Below, piece by piece: positions 38,839-52,796 of a stretch of DNA of 64,000 bases. Numbering within the stretch: the first letter of the stretch is position 1; every line of letters starts with the position of its first letter. The DNA is from Lingula anatina (Eukaryota > Animalia > Brachiopoda): positions 14,096,567 to 14,160,566 of the forward strand of contig CM120644.1 in assembly GCA_051362555.1 (NCBI GenBank). Reading direction: 5' to 3'. The notes beneath the pieces are model-generated. The model did not search any database and was not told the DNA's origin. It saw only the letters and a program-made list of their open reading frames with translations. The position numbers were made by a program, and so were the translations under genes.

Positions 38839-41200
38839 TCTAAATGGTGCTAAACATGTGAAAATGGCACGTGAAAATATCACAAGATAAAGTACGTTAC
38901 TGTACATCTTGTTAAAACTTATAAGTGCGTCGCCATAAACTCCAGTAACTGGTCGTCACATCAATAGTTTCTGGTAGGGCCTACATGTACAATACAATCA
39001 CCTAGCAGGCACATGATGGCTGAATAAACATTAAATCAATGTCGTCTTTCTATTTGGATTCAACTTCCAATTGATGTTTGATTGGACAAAAATAACATTC
39101 AACATTGAAATTTCAAGTGTTGAATCAACATTTCGACCATGTAGTATACACATAGGAGAGTTGCTGATAATGTAACTATCATTTCTGTGATCAAATTGTT
39201 TCCTTCTTAAAAAATGTATACAGTAAGAAATAATATGGACACTACACCAAATATTGATATTCCAACAATTTACATGATAATTATCAAAACCTTTAAAACG
39301 ACCTAATGGACACGGTTGGGGATGGTGAACACTAGTTAATATTTCAATCAGGGAAGTACTTATGCCATTAAGTGCCATCTTTTTAAATATTGACATAACA
39401 CCAAATAGCGATACTGTACATCAGGCCCACAATTAAATTCATTATCAAAACCAGTAAGTTGAACAATTCAAATGACACACCTGTAGACAGCAGAAAGTAG
39501 TTGATAACATTAACATACAATAACTAAAATAAAAACAAAAAAACAGTACCTTAGTAAATGTCCCACGTTGTAGTCTCCTATCCGGTTAACAATACCCACT
39601 AGTTGTATAAACATAAATGGAACAACGGAACAATCCCAGCAGACGCTAGATCAAGCCATAACTGTTCGATATTCCCCGGGTAACCGATATATTCAGGGTC
39701 AGTGATTTATAAAATTAATTGACTAAACCCCTAATTGACTGACATGCACGTGCATCAATAACGGGGCTTCGATTTCCGATTAAGAATAACGAACAGGTTG
39801 CGTCTTTGTGTGCTCCTCGCATGAACGCGATTGAAGGTGTGTCTACACACGAAATAAGGGCAAAACCGAAGTCCAACCCATCAGCCGTTAAGCTGTTTTC
39901 AAGCCAGCAGTACGACTTACAAAAGGAGTATAAAGTAATGTTTTGTTCTTGTGTACCGGTGTAACGTGACAGAGAGTCCCCATAACAGAAAGTCTGCTTC
40001 CCATTCATTTGTACAGTTAGCTAAGCCTTAATTTTGACCCACTTTGTTTAGGCTAACCCTAACCATAATAACTGAATGGAGGGCGTACTTTCTGTTACAC
40101 GGGCCCTTAGTTTCGTTACACCGTGCCGTACGCTCTCCACATGCGTCGCAGTGCGCTTTACATTATCTGAAAATATGCCTGGATATTCTTGACCCTGATA
40201 CAAACTGGACATTGTTGTTCTTATTCCCCTGGGAAAGATACAGTCCAGTTGTCCTATGAGGCGCTCCAAGCATTTGCACTACCCCCCTTCCCCCGCCCAG
40301 GTTTGATGTTTAGTGAGGCCAACCGACAATAGTGAGCGAGGTTGCTATAGTATGGAATGGTGTATTGTCTGAACGCTCCCGAGGCTGAACGCGTGAATAA
40401 GTTGCATATTAATTGTTGAGTTAAAGATAGGACTTGTACTATTGTAAAGCACTTAGATCGATCGTTTTGTTATATCATAATAGTGTTATCAAAGTGAAAT
40501 GAATTTCCTTTCATTTTGTCTGTCTGACTAAATATCTATTCATTTCAGTTTATTTTGCGGTCACTTCCGACACGAGAGGAACGATATTGCTCAAAATAAT
40601 CCCACACAGTACAAGAAATTGGCAATGGTAAATTAAATGCTAAAAAAAATAATTAGAAAATAAACAGATAAACCAAGAATAATGGTAGTGAACACCAAAA
40701 CGCACGCTTCTCTCTTGCTTTTAACACCATTTTCTAAGCTACTTATGCGTATCCATTTAATTAGCACGCCTGAGGTATCTTATGTAATAAACACCAAAAT
40801 CTCAATCTTATTCTAAATATATTTTCATCATATTCCATTCTGATAAATCCATACATAAAAACGAAGCCCTCTGAGTTGATTATATGTGATAAAACCTGAC
40901 CATTTTTATCAAATTACGACTGTCCTTCGTCACAGTGAAGAATTATTTCCTCTGTCACACCCTTAAAAAGCTCTTCGCTGTCGCATTTAACAAAGTTTAT
41001 CTCTGTCGCAATCAAAGATGATTTTCCCTTTGCATTCAACATTGGTTACCTCAGTGGCATTCAGTGAATCTGTTGCCGAAACGGATACAGCTTTGACCTT
41101 TTCAATTTTTCAATTCCCGTCAAAATTTCAACTTTGAAATAAAACATTATTTAATATTTAATAAAATATTATGAAATAAAATATATAAAATATACAGCGT

Positions 41201-41274
41201 CAACAACAACAACAACAACAATAATAATAATAATGATAATAATGATGATGATGATGTTTATAATGATGTTGATG

Positions 41275-41326
<52 letters not shown>

Positions 41327-41395
41327 TGTTTATAATGATTTTGATGATGATGATGATGATTATTATTATAATGATGATGATGATGGTGATGATGG
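41201..41395. repeat. Compound (CAA)(TAA)(TGA) trinucleotide microsatellite
   Basis: Visible directly; it generates the spurious poly-I/H/Y ORFs. Confidence 0.95.
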
Positions 41396-42682
41396 CACTG
41401 ATTAACGCGTGACATATAGCAGCCCTGTAGCAGCATACACTTGCAATTGATAGATTACGGATGAGCGAAGATACAAATACGTCAAAAGCAAAGATAGATA
41501 GATACATACATAGATAGATAGACAGCACGAATAAGTAGACAGATAAGTAGATGAATAGATAAGTCCAAAAAAACGTAATGAATAAAGCAAACCTATTAAT
41601 AGAAAATTGATGAATTGGATGGATATATGACTTCAGACAGTAAATTTTAGTGCACATCAAATGTTCACTCAGAATATGCAATCAATATTCCTAACAATGT
41701 GTCACAGCTGTCAGTAGTGCGTGCATAGCCCAGACACAGTAGGCGTGGTCTTCATTTGTGTCAGTTTATGGAGTCAACGGGGTTCTACAGCTGGTGCTTC
41801 TCATTAATGAAGAATATTAATGTAGCGCTCTGTCCTAACTGTGTACTAATGGCAATTCTTATTACGTTCTGATATACTCGTACGTCTTTTTTGGATGTGA
41901 GAAGGACTGCCTTTCTTTCTTTCTTTTTTTCTTTACGTGTTCATTCATTCCATTATTTATTTATTCATTTATTGATTTATTGATGGGGAGATTACAAACA
42001 ACCTTCGTGAGTGTAACATTTCTTTTAAAGAAACACGAAGCTTGAAACTTCTCTTAAAAACAGAAAATTTTAGAATATCTGATTAGTTCTCTAGTAACCG
42101 CAGTCAGTTTGTCATAACTAAGTACATATTAGCCCCACACATTGGCCCCGATACAATGGGCGTTACTGGGAAAAAAACCCGTCTTTTTTTCTTTGGTGTG
42201 ATACCTTGACATCGCTTCTACACCCTTGTATACGATGTTGTCCTATCCCGAGTTGTTTTGTATGCTGAAAGATAGAGATATTTATAGAGGCAGTTCATAT
42301 AATTATTACAGTTGACCTAATGATAATGAATTTTCAGATCGCCAGCTGTTGTTAAACATTTTGTGACCACAGTTGCTAAACATTTCCGCTTATTCTTTTT
42401 TTCAAGAGATAACTTAGACAAGGTGTCGTTCGTAATCTAACGGGCCAGTTTAAAGTCTTCTAGTAAAACTGCGCTTGTTCGCCTGAAAGCGTTCATCACC
42501 TTGCCGAAATCACACCGGACTTTAGGTACAAGTGCTTTCCATGTTGTTATGCATGTAAACTTAAAAATACAGACACTTACAAGCGTTAGGAAGAAACTGC
42601 ACTTAGCGCTCATCATTTAAGCAAAATCGCAGCAAACGTAAGTTAAAAGCATTCTGTTATTATTGGGTTTTAAACAATTATA

Positions 42683-42837
42683 ATGGTATGCACATCGACT
42701 GCTCCAGCGATCTTGTTGCTGATTGTTGTCACCGTGACAGGAATGTTAGCTGAAAGGAGTGACAGAGAGCCGAGGCAAGTGTACCGACCACAGACGTCTG
42801 GATATCATTATGGTAACGTAATTTTCGATTTGCATGT

Positions 42838-42873
<36 letters not shown>

Positions 42874-44063
42874 TTTGTTTGTTTGTTTGTTTGTATCTTT
42901 CTTTCTTTTTTTTAGTCCGTGCATCAATTTGAGTTGTATTACAACAATATAGCCTATGTGCGATGCAAACAAACAACTCAAAGACAACATACAGAAAATT
43001 CATATTATAAAAGATCAACACGTTATTTTAGGTAAAAGCTGCTACCAGTGTTCTTTCGGACCACGCGTCAAATTTCACAAAGAATTTGGCAGAATATACT
43101 ACGATGAACAAGGGCACGAAGATCCATATTCCCGCCGTAACAACGGTATCCATAGCTATGAGCATCACGTGAGGGGAGGTCTGACGCAATTTCCGGGATG
43201 GGTGCCATGTCGGGGGCCATTCTCGCATTACGACGCAGAGGCGTATGGGATCAATGTTTGGGCATGCAGCAGTAACTGTTACATCAGGATGGACAAAAAT
43301 GGACGTATGTTGGTTTTGTAGTCTCTTAGACTGCGTTCCCGTTACCTTATCGTAGTAGCAGGATCGATCTATCTCAACGGGTATTCTTGCTAAGGCACAG
43401 ACAATGTAATCAGCTGAATAAATTGTCTAGAAAGCCCCCTCGCAAAAAAACATTGTAGACCACAAAGTAAATTAAGTTACGAGGGGGCGTGCCAGACATT
43501 TAATCTGACATTTAATCTGATTACATTTTCTGCGCCTTAACAAGAATCCCCGCTGAGATAGATCGATAGATCGCTGCTAGTACGATATATAGGGTTATGG
43601 GAATGGCCCTTTATGCGAACACTAGCGGATCCAGAAATTTGAGATAGCAGGGGGGTGGGGTGGTTTTAAAATGTCGCCTCACTTTCCTTGGTAATTGCAA
43701 ACAAAAATGTACAACATATAGTAATGGTGTGACAGGAATAGTAGCCTGCTATGAACCGTAGTCCGCTTCCCATTGAGCTTACTTTGTACATGTGACATCC
43801 ATCCCATATACTTACCCCAATACCCCGTGTTACCCTAACCTGTACTAATCGTATGGGACCCCAGACCGCCATTCCTAGGACTACCATTCCAGTAACAACA
43901 CCTGCCACATGTATAAAGAAGAGCAAGGCGGCGGAAAAATTGCTTGGTTGCGTCTCGTTTCCCACTATCGATTCTTTTTTATTTTATTTATTTATTTATT
44001 TATTTATTTTTTGAGGGGCGGGTGGATAGGTGATTTGATAGGATACCTCAGCAGCTACATTGT

Positions 44064-44118
<55 letters not shown>

Positions 44119-44569
44119 GGGGGGGGGGGGGGGTAGCCGTTTTGCCCACATCTGGATCCGCTAGTTTTTTCCTTATACAGAGCTATTCGTTTATACATGC
44201 ATTTTTCCAACCAACCAGCTTAGCTTCCGTGTCGGCGATGGCGCCGAATCGTTTTGTACATAAAGATGAAAAAATTATTTGGGAAAGCTTATTCATTTAT
44301 TGAATAATAATTCTTTGGCCCACGAAGGAATATGCAGTGCAGGTACCACGAGAAACCCATCGGAAACTCTTAGTATAATATAACTGGTAGCTCATAGCAT
44401 ATTACTATTTATTCCAGATATTTACCGCGGGTGTTATCAAGGCGAGTGGAAAGTGGATCCGTACCGTCTTGGCTGCCACAAACAAACTGACTCCCTCTGG
44501 TGTTTTTGTGAGGGCGACAGATGCAACAATGGACCGCTACCGGGAGTCAGATACGAACCTCGATATTAG
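42683..44569 (+). CDS. Secreted Ly6/uPAR three-finger (quiver-like) protein, 184 aa, no GPI tail
   Basis: Exons 42683-42812 (signal peptide), 43032-43304 (KSCYQC...PC...ACSSNCYIR) and 44418-44569 (HIYRGCYQGEWKVDPYRLGCHKQTDSLWCFCEGDRCNNGPLPGVRYEPRY*). Both introns are phase-1 GT-AG; 10 Cys in the mature domain, ending C-x-C-x4-CN. Confidence 0.85.
43329..43609. mobile_element. Harbinger-like palindromic MITE in intron
   Basis: Inverted arms (GATCGATCTATCTCAACGGG / CCCCGCTGAGATAGATCGAT), right end GGGAATGGCCC|TTA; related to 57599-58050. Confidence 0.6.
43621..44165. mobile_element. MITE ACTAGCGGATCCAGA with nested MITE (43726-43902) and (TG)n
   Basis: Perfect 15-bp TIR ACTAGCGGATCCAGA / TCTGGATCCGCTAGT; TSD not evident. 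Confidence 0.65.
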
Positions 44570-45327
44570 TAGAATATTTTTCGTACACATTTACTGGTAT
44601 TTATAATAATTTGTTTTAACCTCACCAAAGTTCCGTCTTTTGCTCTTAAAGGAATGAAGACTGAAGGCAAATATTGAAATGAATATATCGTCATTTATTG
44701 CAAAAAAAAAAAAAAAATGGATTCACTGTACGCACCAGTATACCTGAATTTAAGAATGGTACGAGCGTAATTAAAAAGCGAGGGATATTGAAAGAACGTC
44801 GAAACAAGATTAGAACATGTGTACCCCTCATTTTCTATAAGGTACAGCCGAAAATGACTGTGCATAACAGATATCTCTGATGGAGCAAGATTGTTGCATT
44901 AAAATGGCCAAAATATCATTTTCCAACAAAAATCAGGACATAATACTTACTTTATCACAATTGTTGCAGTAACAGTATCTTATCTGAGAGACCATTTATG
45001 TTCATGGAATTGAAATTATACGTAACCGCATTGTTATAAGCACTGTGTGTTACTTATTAAACTGTTATTCAATTTCTTAGCAAACTGGCGAAATAAAATC
45101 CTGTGTTCCTTAGTATTACGAGTGTATCACCATGGCAATATGTTGCCTTGATTCGCCTGGTTCACAATTCTTAAATAGAATAAAATTGAATAAAATAAAT
45201 CCATTGCTTCGTCACAATGAATCAAGACTGACCACCCCTGCCTCCCAATGTGAAGAAAATACTGGTGAATATGTTGCTAGGTTGGCATGTCGGTCAGTGA
45301 CCTAAATTACCATGGTAACGCGCGTAT

Positions 45328-47691
45328 CTAAGGGACGTCACCATACACCTTAAATTCACCCTCTCCTGTCACTTGCTGTACTCCGAATCCGTGCCCCAGC
45401 AGACAGATCCCACTCTGTTCTTGGTAGGCCAGAATGCGACATTTCTCGCGGAGACATCTCGAAGCACACTCCGTCAAACACGAGACGCCTTGGTAAGCCA
45501 GATATGGACTTGGTATGGTTGTGGTGCCTGGCCACTTGTATAACATTCGATCTGGAATTCATTTGATTTAATGTTAGTATTGTTGTTGTCGTGTCCATAG
45601 AGTGCATTCGAGTCTGATAAATATTGTCTGGAGAATTAGGTCCATGGTATAAGAGACCTTTAACATACTTATTTAAATAAACAAGTTAAAGAGCTAAATC
45701 CGAATTAGTAGATTACAGGCCAAAAATTGACTTCGGGCTCTTTGCAGCAATGCATTAAAAAGTGAGCATTTTCTTAGATTTTTAAATGTGACCGATGGTG
45801 TCAGAACTTTATGCTACGTTTGTATGCATTCTCTATTACGGTACTGGATGCATGTTTATCTAGACGACAATCAATGAAACAACTCATAAAATACCATTAT
45901 GTCACCTTTAATACATAAATCTGCTTCGTTGAACGACGTGCATTAGCCTTTAACACCAAAGGCAAGGAAAACAATAACAAAAGAGTACCTACTTTCCCGA
46001 CCACTTTCTTGCATCTTGCGAAGGCTTACATTTTGACATAGTCGCACGAACTTCTTAAACAAAGGTGGGAATTGAAGCAACGTAAAATGATAATTCAAGT
46101 ATATTAGAAATCGTGCGAACAACAAAGTGAGAAATGTGGAAGTTTTGGAAAGAGCAGGGCTACAAGTAGAAAGGATATTGATTAAAGATTCTAAGTTTTC
46201 TTTGACATGTAAGTAAATAATGATTGGTGGGAAACAGAGTGCAGCAAACAAAAGTATTAAGGGACAATTGCAGGTCAGATATGTTTTAGTCTAAAAAGTA
46301 GAGATTGTGAAGAGGGCTAATGACAGAACATTGTGGCAGAATATGGGTGGGTGTGTCCTTGAGGTATGGCACAGAGAGAGAGAGAGAAAGAGAGAGAGAA
46401 GAATTAAAAGCAACAAAAGTATGTCAAAAAGGTCCTCTCAGAGAGTACCTACCGACTGTGTACTCCGGTTTGCACCGTGTCAGGGCAAACTCCGCATCTT
46501 GGATGTTGCCTAAAGCTCCTTTCACCAACTGCATACATGCCAGTCTACCGGTGAACATACGCCCGCCTTCTGTGCTCCTCTGACCAAGGGCTATGGAAGT
46601 AGCATTGTTAGGGGCGAACCTTCCCAGTGCAGAGGTTTTATTGAAATTCAGGGGGGCATCCAAAGTTGCTATCCCGGTCTTCAAGATCCCCACAGCGGAA
46701 TCATATACTAAGAGTACCTTATACCAAGTGTTGATTTCCAAAGCGTTTTCCAGTCTCTGACGGTGCCCACCATACGATTCATTGGCTGGTTTTGTAGATA
46801 CCTGCAACGTGGAGCCCACTGGGAACTGCCTCACGTGAAGACTGATTTGGTCTCCAACTATCTGTAGTACATTACATGTTTCATTTCTTTCTGGGAACAG
46901 TAGGAACAGCAGGGTGAAACTGCCCTGGAGGACCAACCCTTCACGGTTCGGTATTTCAATATGTGACTCGTCATCTTGCGAGAATCCCAAAGCGCTAGCA
47001 TCGCCATATGGGCCTGGTGCCAGACTGATGTTATAAAGAACACCGTGATGACCATTGCCGCTGACGTCATTTCCCAGGTTGGCGTCATCTAAGGGCCAGA
47101 AGGCGACGGGTAGTTTAAACATTGTGCCTACAATAAAATGGACAAGTTCTAATGGCGGGTTTGGTAGCTCTGTCTCGCGCGTGCATAGCCGCTAATGTTC
47201 TTTATCTTACTTTTTTAGAGGTCTGCTTTTTATCTCGAACTCAATTTGTTCTTAACGTAAAGCCTTTATTTTTATATAAATATTTCTAGTTTAAAAATTT
47301 TACTCAAACTTGTTTATCTGTACAACTCCAAACTTTTACTTACAGTGATTTAAATAAACTTCTTATTATCATTAGAACTGTGTGCAACAGTAGACTTATC
47401 CTAGTCATTGTGGCACTACATGTAGGAGATTTTGGGAATGGCAACCTTATAATAACGCAAACAACGTCTTTAAGCCGTCTTATACATACTCAAAGTTTGA
47501 ATAACACTTTTTCTTAAAAAACATTTTGTGAAACACCGAAATCCTTGCTGCAAGCAAATTTGAATTAATATAGTTTTTGTTTAAAGAAACTTTTTTTGCA
47601 TTCCTGGTGAAAGAACTCTGATCGTACCTTGAATTCCCTTGGCGCACAATGCCAGGGAACATATAAGGACGAAACTGTCGTGGAGTCGCAT
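45328..47691 (-). CDS. Secreted LamG/ConA-like + PAN/Apple domain protein A (320 aa)
   Basis: Exons 47691-47628 (MRLHDSFVLICSLALCAKGIQ), 47127-46453 (PVAFWPLDD...DVSGNGHHG...FTGRLACMQL) and 45551-45328 (ECASRCLREKCRILAY...CLL); phase-1 introns; 963-nt open frame. Confidence 0.88.
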
Positions 47692-48919
47692 GTTCTTTGG
47701 TTGGCAATCTGTGTATTAGATGCACTGGTAGAAAACGTATCTCTTCACTGCTCTCACATTGAAAGAATGCGTTTTACATGTACATGGGTGAGTACATGTA
47801 CTCTGAAAAATATGCCCGTTGTCCAAATGCGTGTAGCGTTTCCATAACAGGTGGGAAGTAAATGTGAACGATGTGATGAATGTAATATCCATTAATTCTT
47901 TTGTCGGTTACTGTCCATGTAGCACTGCAATAATCTTATGTTCAGCAATATTACATATTCATATTGTGTCCAAATTGAGTTCAGATTGTTTATCGACCTC
48001 ATGGTCAAGTACTTAATGGCTTGTAAAGAAATTCTCTTCGTGACGTCCTGCAGAAAATTGTTCGAAAATTCTTCATGCGTGCTTCCGTTTTATGTGAATA
48101 AGGCAATTACTGGTTCTGTGAAAAAGGAATGGTGGTGTGGAAAATTGATCAAGTTCCTCTTAGTGGAAGGCCTAGTGGGTATGTCTGTGGATGCATTCAG
48201 ACACAACTGCTGGTCTGATTTAACGTAAGAGGTCAGCAATAAGCCGTTAGGCAGTCAACATGTTACATGGTGACGGGGTACTAAAGCACCACAAATGCTA
48301 TATAGAAATAAATAAATAAATAAATATATTTAAAAAATTGATAATTTTTGCCCATTGAAAAGATCGATCCATTACCGTACTCTTGTACTGGGGTTGGGAA
48401 TCGGGAAATTTCTCATATGACGATAAAAATCATAAAAAAGAAATGATTTTTTGAACTCTAAAGCGGGTTGGCTTATAGATGGTTATTTTTTCAACGGATG
48501 TGGCTACCTTGAAACAATGGGAAAATTCTTGCAATTCCTGGGAAAATTCATTCTGTCTATGTATATAGGTTTGACACGCATTGTAAGCAAGACAGTTTTA
48601 CCAATAGAGTTTTTTGGTATTGTTGTATATTGATATTTGAGAGTTAACTAATGGCACACATGAATATTTAATATCTTAAAATGATTCATGATTGACAAGG
48701 TGTAACTAGTAGATAAAACAGTATATCAAGTCCATCACAAAGTATCTGAGGCGCTAGATAGTTTTAGACTACATGTTATCTAAAGTGAACAGTGTTTGTC
48801 AAATTATCATCTGAATCTATTATAAGTACGCGATAGCCCTTACTGTGGCGAAAGGCTCCTGCCAACAACAGAAATATAGATATTTTTAACGCGTTCCAGA
48901 AAAACTAATTGTTCAGGAA

Positions 48920-50059
48920 ATGAAATCGCACATCGCGTTTTTCCTGGAGTTTGTCGCCATCGTGCCTTTCCACGGAATTCAAGGTAAGGCTATTCACCAC
49001 CTTTCTTCTCTTCATCTTTTATCTTCATTTCTTTTTATCTTTAAGTAATGTATGTTATGTCCTTTGCCTTCATTTTTAAGACATATAGAATCGATTGTTG
49101 TTGTTGGTACAGTCTTTTTCCCTTCTTGCTGAAATATGGATTTTTCTTCTTTCTGTTTACATAATTTGCGCTATCACCTCCTCTCTCCCCCTCATTTACC
49201 TCTCCTTCTCCCTTTTTCTCATTTTATGTGCAAAATCTGTCGTGAACATGAATTACAAATGATAGGCTTTTTTAGAGTAAAATAGCTTGAATTAAACACC
49301 TGTTAATTCCCTTTTGAAAATGTATGACCAATTTTTTCACAAATATTTTAAATTCAGCTTCGATCCCAAAACTACCAGTAGCCTTCTGGCCATTTGATGA
49401 CGCCAACCTGGGCAATGACGTCAGCGGCAATGGTCACCACGGTGTTCTTTATAACATCAGTCTAGCACCAGGCCCATATGGCGATGACAGAGCTTTGGGG
49501 TTCTCAGCAGCCGACGGTTCTTACATTATGATTCCGAACAATGGGGGTTTGGACGTAAGGAACAGATTTACATTAGTTTTCCTTATGTTCCCAGAGAGTA
49601 ATGCGTTGCAAACTTTATTTGAATACAGAGTGATTCATCGTTATGGGCTTCATGTTATGCAGCACCCAACGGGAACATCGTTTTGGACAAACGTGGTGGA
49701 AAATCCATCGCTGAGAGAACATCCTATAGAACTTAAGAATGCGTTCACGTTGAATACTTGGCACAAAGCATTCGTTCGGTATGACTATGACTCGGGAAAT
49801 CTAGACAAAGGGGTGTCGACGTTAGCCCGCCCGCTGACTGTGGGTAACACCGCAAATATTGGCTCAATTAGTGCTTCGACCAGCGGCACGCTTGATTTAG
49901 GTCGGAGGATGATTTATCCTAATCGGTACCAGGGGCGACTTGCGTGCGTGCAGCTGTTCGGTACGCCCTTGAGCTTGAGAGAGGTGGAGGACGCCTTAGC
50001 TCGATGTAAACCGGAGTACAAACAAGGTACTATTAGTCTTTGTATATATTTTCTGTTGG

Positions 50060-50092
<33 letters not shown>

Positions 50093-50538
50093 GTGATTTT
50101 TTGTTTAGATTGTGCATTCCGTAAAATCTCGTTGATCTTCAAAATAATCAAAATGTACGTTTGCGTACGATAAGACTGCTTTTAAAACTGTCAAAGCACG
50201 CAATTATAGTCTTAAACAGTAATGCGATTGGCATTTTCACCTCACATTTGCATCAATTTTTAAACTATCAATGTACAATATACGTACAGAGTCTAAGTAT
50301 TCCCATTGCTTTTTGGATAGATCGAATGTTGCACAAGTGGCCGACAACATCACTGGTTCCTAGCCCCGCCGTTGTCCACCATGTTGCAAGCCTGATCCAT
50401 TGCTCTGCCAAGTGCTTGCGAGCAACATGCCGCAATCTGGCTTACAGGAGAGAGAACGGGACGTGTTTGCTGGGACACGGGTTTGGCCTGAAGGAGGTGG
50501 AAGATTCTGGGTTTGTGGTGTTTGGGGACGTTCCTTAA
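48920..50538 (+). CDS. Secreted LamG/ConA-like + PAN/Apple domain protein B (316 aa)
   Basis: Exons 48920-48983 (MKSHIAFFLEFVAIVPFHGIQ), 49358-50026 and 50321-50538; same exon structure as paralog A; 951-nt open frame. Confidence 0.88.
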
Positions 50539-52108
50539 TTAATGGCATGCAATGGCATTTATATACCCCGGTATAGCTTAATGTAATTTTTAATTTTCCC
50601 CTTTTCTCTTTAAGGGGTATATCATTCAAAACTACTGAAAAAGTTACGATGTACAAATCGTTTTCGAATTCTATATTCCTTTTTGAATAAATTGTTTAGA
50701 CCATGTGATTTTTCGTCAAAACCAAGGGCCTAAAAACAAGGAATATACCCTTATGGCTCAACCGAGCTGTAATTCAATCTGGTAAACACGTAAAGAATGA
50801 TTTCAATGGCAAAAAATGTTTTATTTTAACTTGCACAAGTTCAGTATAGTTTCCAATGTTAGACACCATATGTTTGCTCATATAATTCTGTAAAAACCTT
50901 TTGTAGCATCGAGAGTAAAATAACCAGAGAAGTACCAGTACATGAATAATTTATACAGCAAACAGTGGAAATTTTAGCGGCCCGTAACGGGGTGTAGTTT
51001 TCACCATAGCATCTACCATTACCATTGATTTTAATTTCTGGAAATGGATTCCCAAACTTTGTTTCACGTCAAACGACTCAAGTTTGATAAATGATTAGCG
51101 CGTCCCATAATGGGGTACATATATAAAGCCATGTCAGTTGTTGTCTGGTCCTGGTACTAATACATTACTACTGAAAACTAGCCTTGGATCATTAGGAAAG
51201 CACATGAATATTTAATTGTCATTAAGGCTTTGTAAAACGTATCTGTGCTGTAGAAGCTGGCGACATAGATGCATGGCATTGTTTGCGTTGTTTTCATTCC
51301 ATTTTAGATTCATCTTGTTCTATTTAATTTGTTTTGTTGATATGAGGGATTGTTCAATGTTGCTTTTGTAATGTTTTCTATTCTTTCAATACGTTAACGA
51401 TGCGCTGTAAATGGCTTCAAAAGAGCATCTCCTTAATTTCTGTAAAGCCGAGCCTATTGCGTTTTATTACAAAATCGCGAAATCGGCTTCTTTTATTTCA
51501 GAAGGTTTATTTATCAGGTATCATGACAAATACAAATATAAAAATGATCTGCAATTGAAAAGCCCTTAATGGCATTAAGGTTACAAACAAACTTATCCAA
51601 GTATAGTTCGTAAAATACTTAAGAATTATTTATATTCAAACACCTATTTGTCACAGACGCTTCACTCTACCGTGAAGTAATTATTGTCTACAGCAATCTA
51701 TTCCATCAATGTGAGGTAAAAACCTTTATACGAGACTTATTTTGTAAATTTAATTGAGAAGTAAGATGGGTAAATGTTCACATGGGTAAATGTTCAATGT
51801 TTTCTTTTTTTTTTGAAAAGCAGCTTATACTTTTAGATGGTTCTGTTGTCCTATCCACAGCGAGAGTGACTTTACAGCATTAATAACTACAACATGAAGG
51901 TTATATGGTCAGTTGCCAATTTAACTCGCTCTAACTTATACCCAATATGTTTATTCCATAAGAAAAAAATATAGATGCTCCTGCTAGTCTGTTAATCTAA
52001 TTACATTCAGGGCCCGCGGAGTAGGATCGATCTACGTAGACCGATAGTAAAAGCACATTGATTTTAGTTGCAATGCTCAATTCACAAATATGGATTGACA
52101 ACATAGTG

Positions 52109-52397
52109 AACTAGAAAAGCACTCCGAGGGTGCAGGTCTCTGCAGGCAGCAAAGTCTCCATCCAATTCCGTTTCACCCCTTGATTTTCGATATTTTTGAT
52201 TATTGACTATTGATTGATCATTGATCCGGATCACCACCAAAAACTAATCATCTGTTTCTTGGCCCACTTTTGACAGTTCCTGAAAATTTCATCAAAATCA
52301 GTCCATACATTTTTGAGTTATGTTGATGACAAACAAACAAACAAACAAACAAACAAACAGGGGTGCATGAAAACATAACCTCCTTGGCGGAGGTAAT
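52109..52397 (+). mobile_element. Non-autonomous Helentron/HINE-like element
   Basis: AACTAGA start, GATCCGGATC palindrome, (ACAA)n tract and terminal hairpin ACCTCCTTGGCGGAGGT. Confidence 0.75.
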
Positions 52398-52796
52398 TAT
52401 AATAAACTGCCTCATTTCATGTAATGTATACACAGACTTCGTTATGGACGACTTATATTATAATTTTTCAATCGTAAAGTGATGTATGTATTACGTCTTG
52501 TATGAAACGGTGATTGTATAAACACTTGCAATGAAGAAATTATGTCAAAAATTAATAAATTTTTGGTGTCGTTTTATAAAACCGCGGATTAAATTGGGAA
52601 TAAAAATGTAATATTCTCTCACTGTCACTAAAGGCTACAATGTAGGTAAATAACCCACACAGATATTTTATCACTTACTACTTGCTGGTGCTTGTATATA
52701 TATAATCAAAGCTGCCTGTTTAAAACATAACGTCCTACAGGGTTTCATAGCGTATTCAAGTAAAGGCACTGTTACACCTTGCGTATAGCATTTAAA

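Noticed and set aside
40905-41110. Coding-like minus-strand stretch
   Set aside because: Interrupted by stops or a frameshift; no identifiable family.
41169-41681. Poly-Ile/His/Tyr ORFs
   Set aside because: Produced by a trinucleotide microsatellite.
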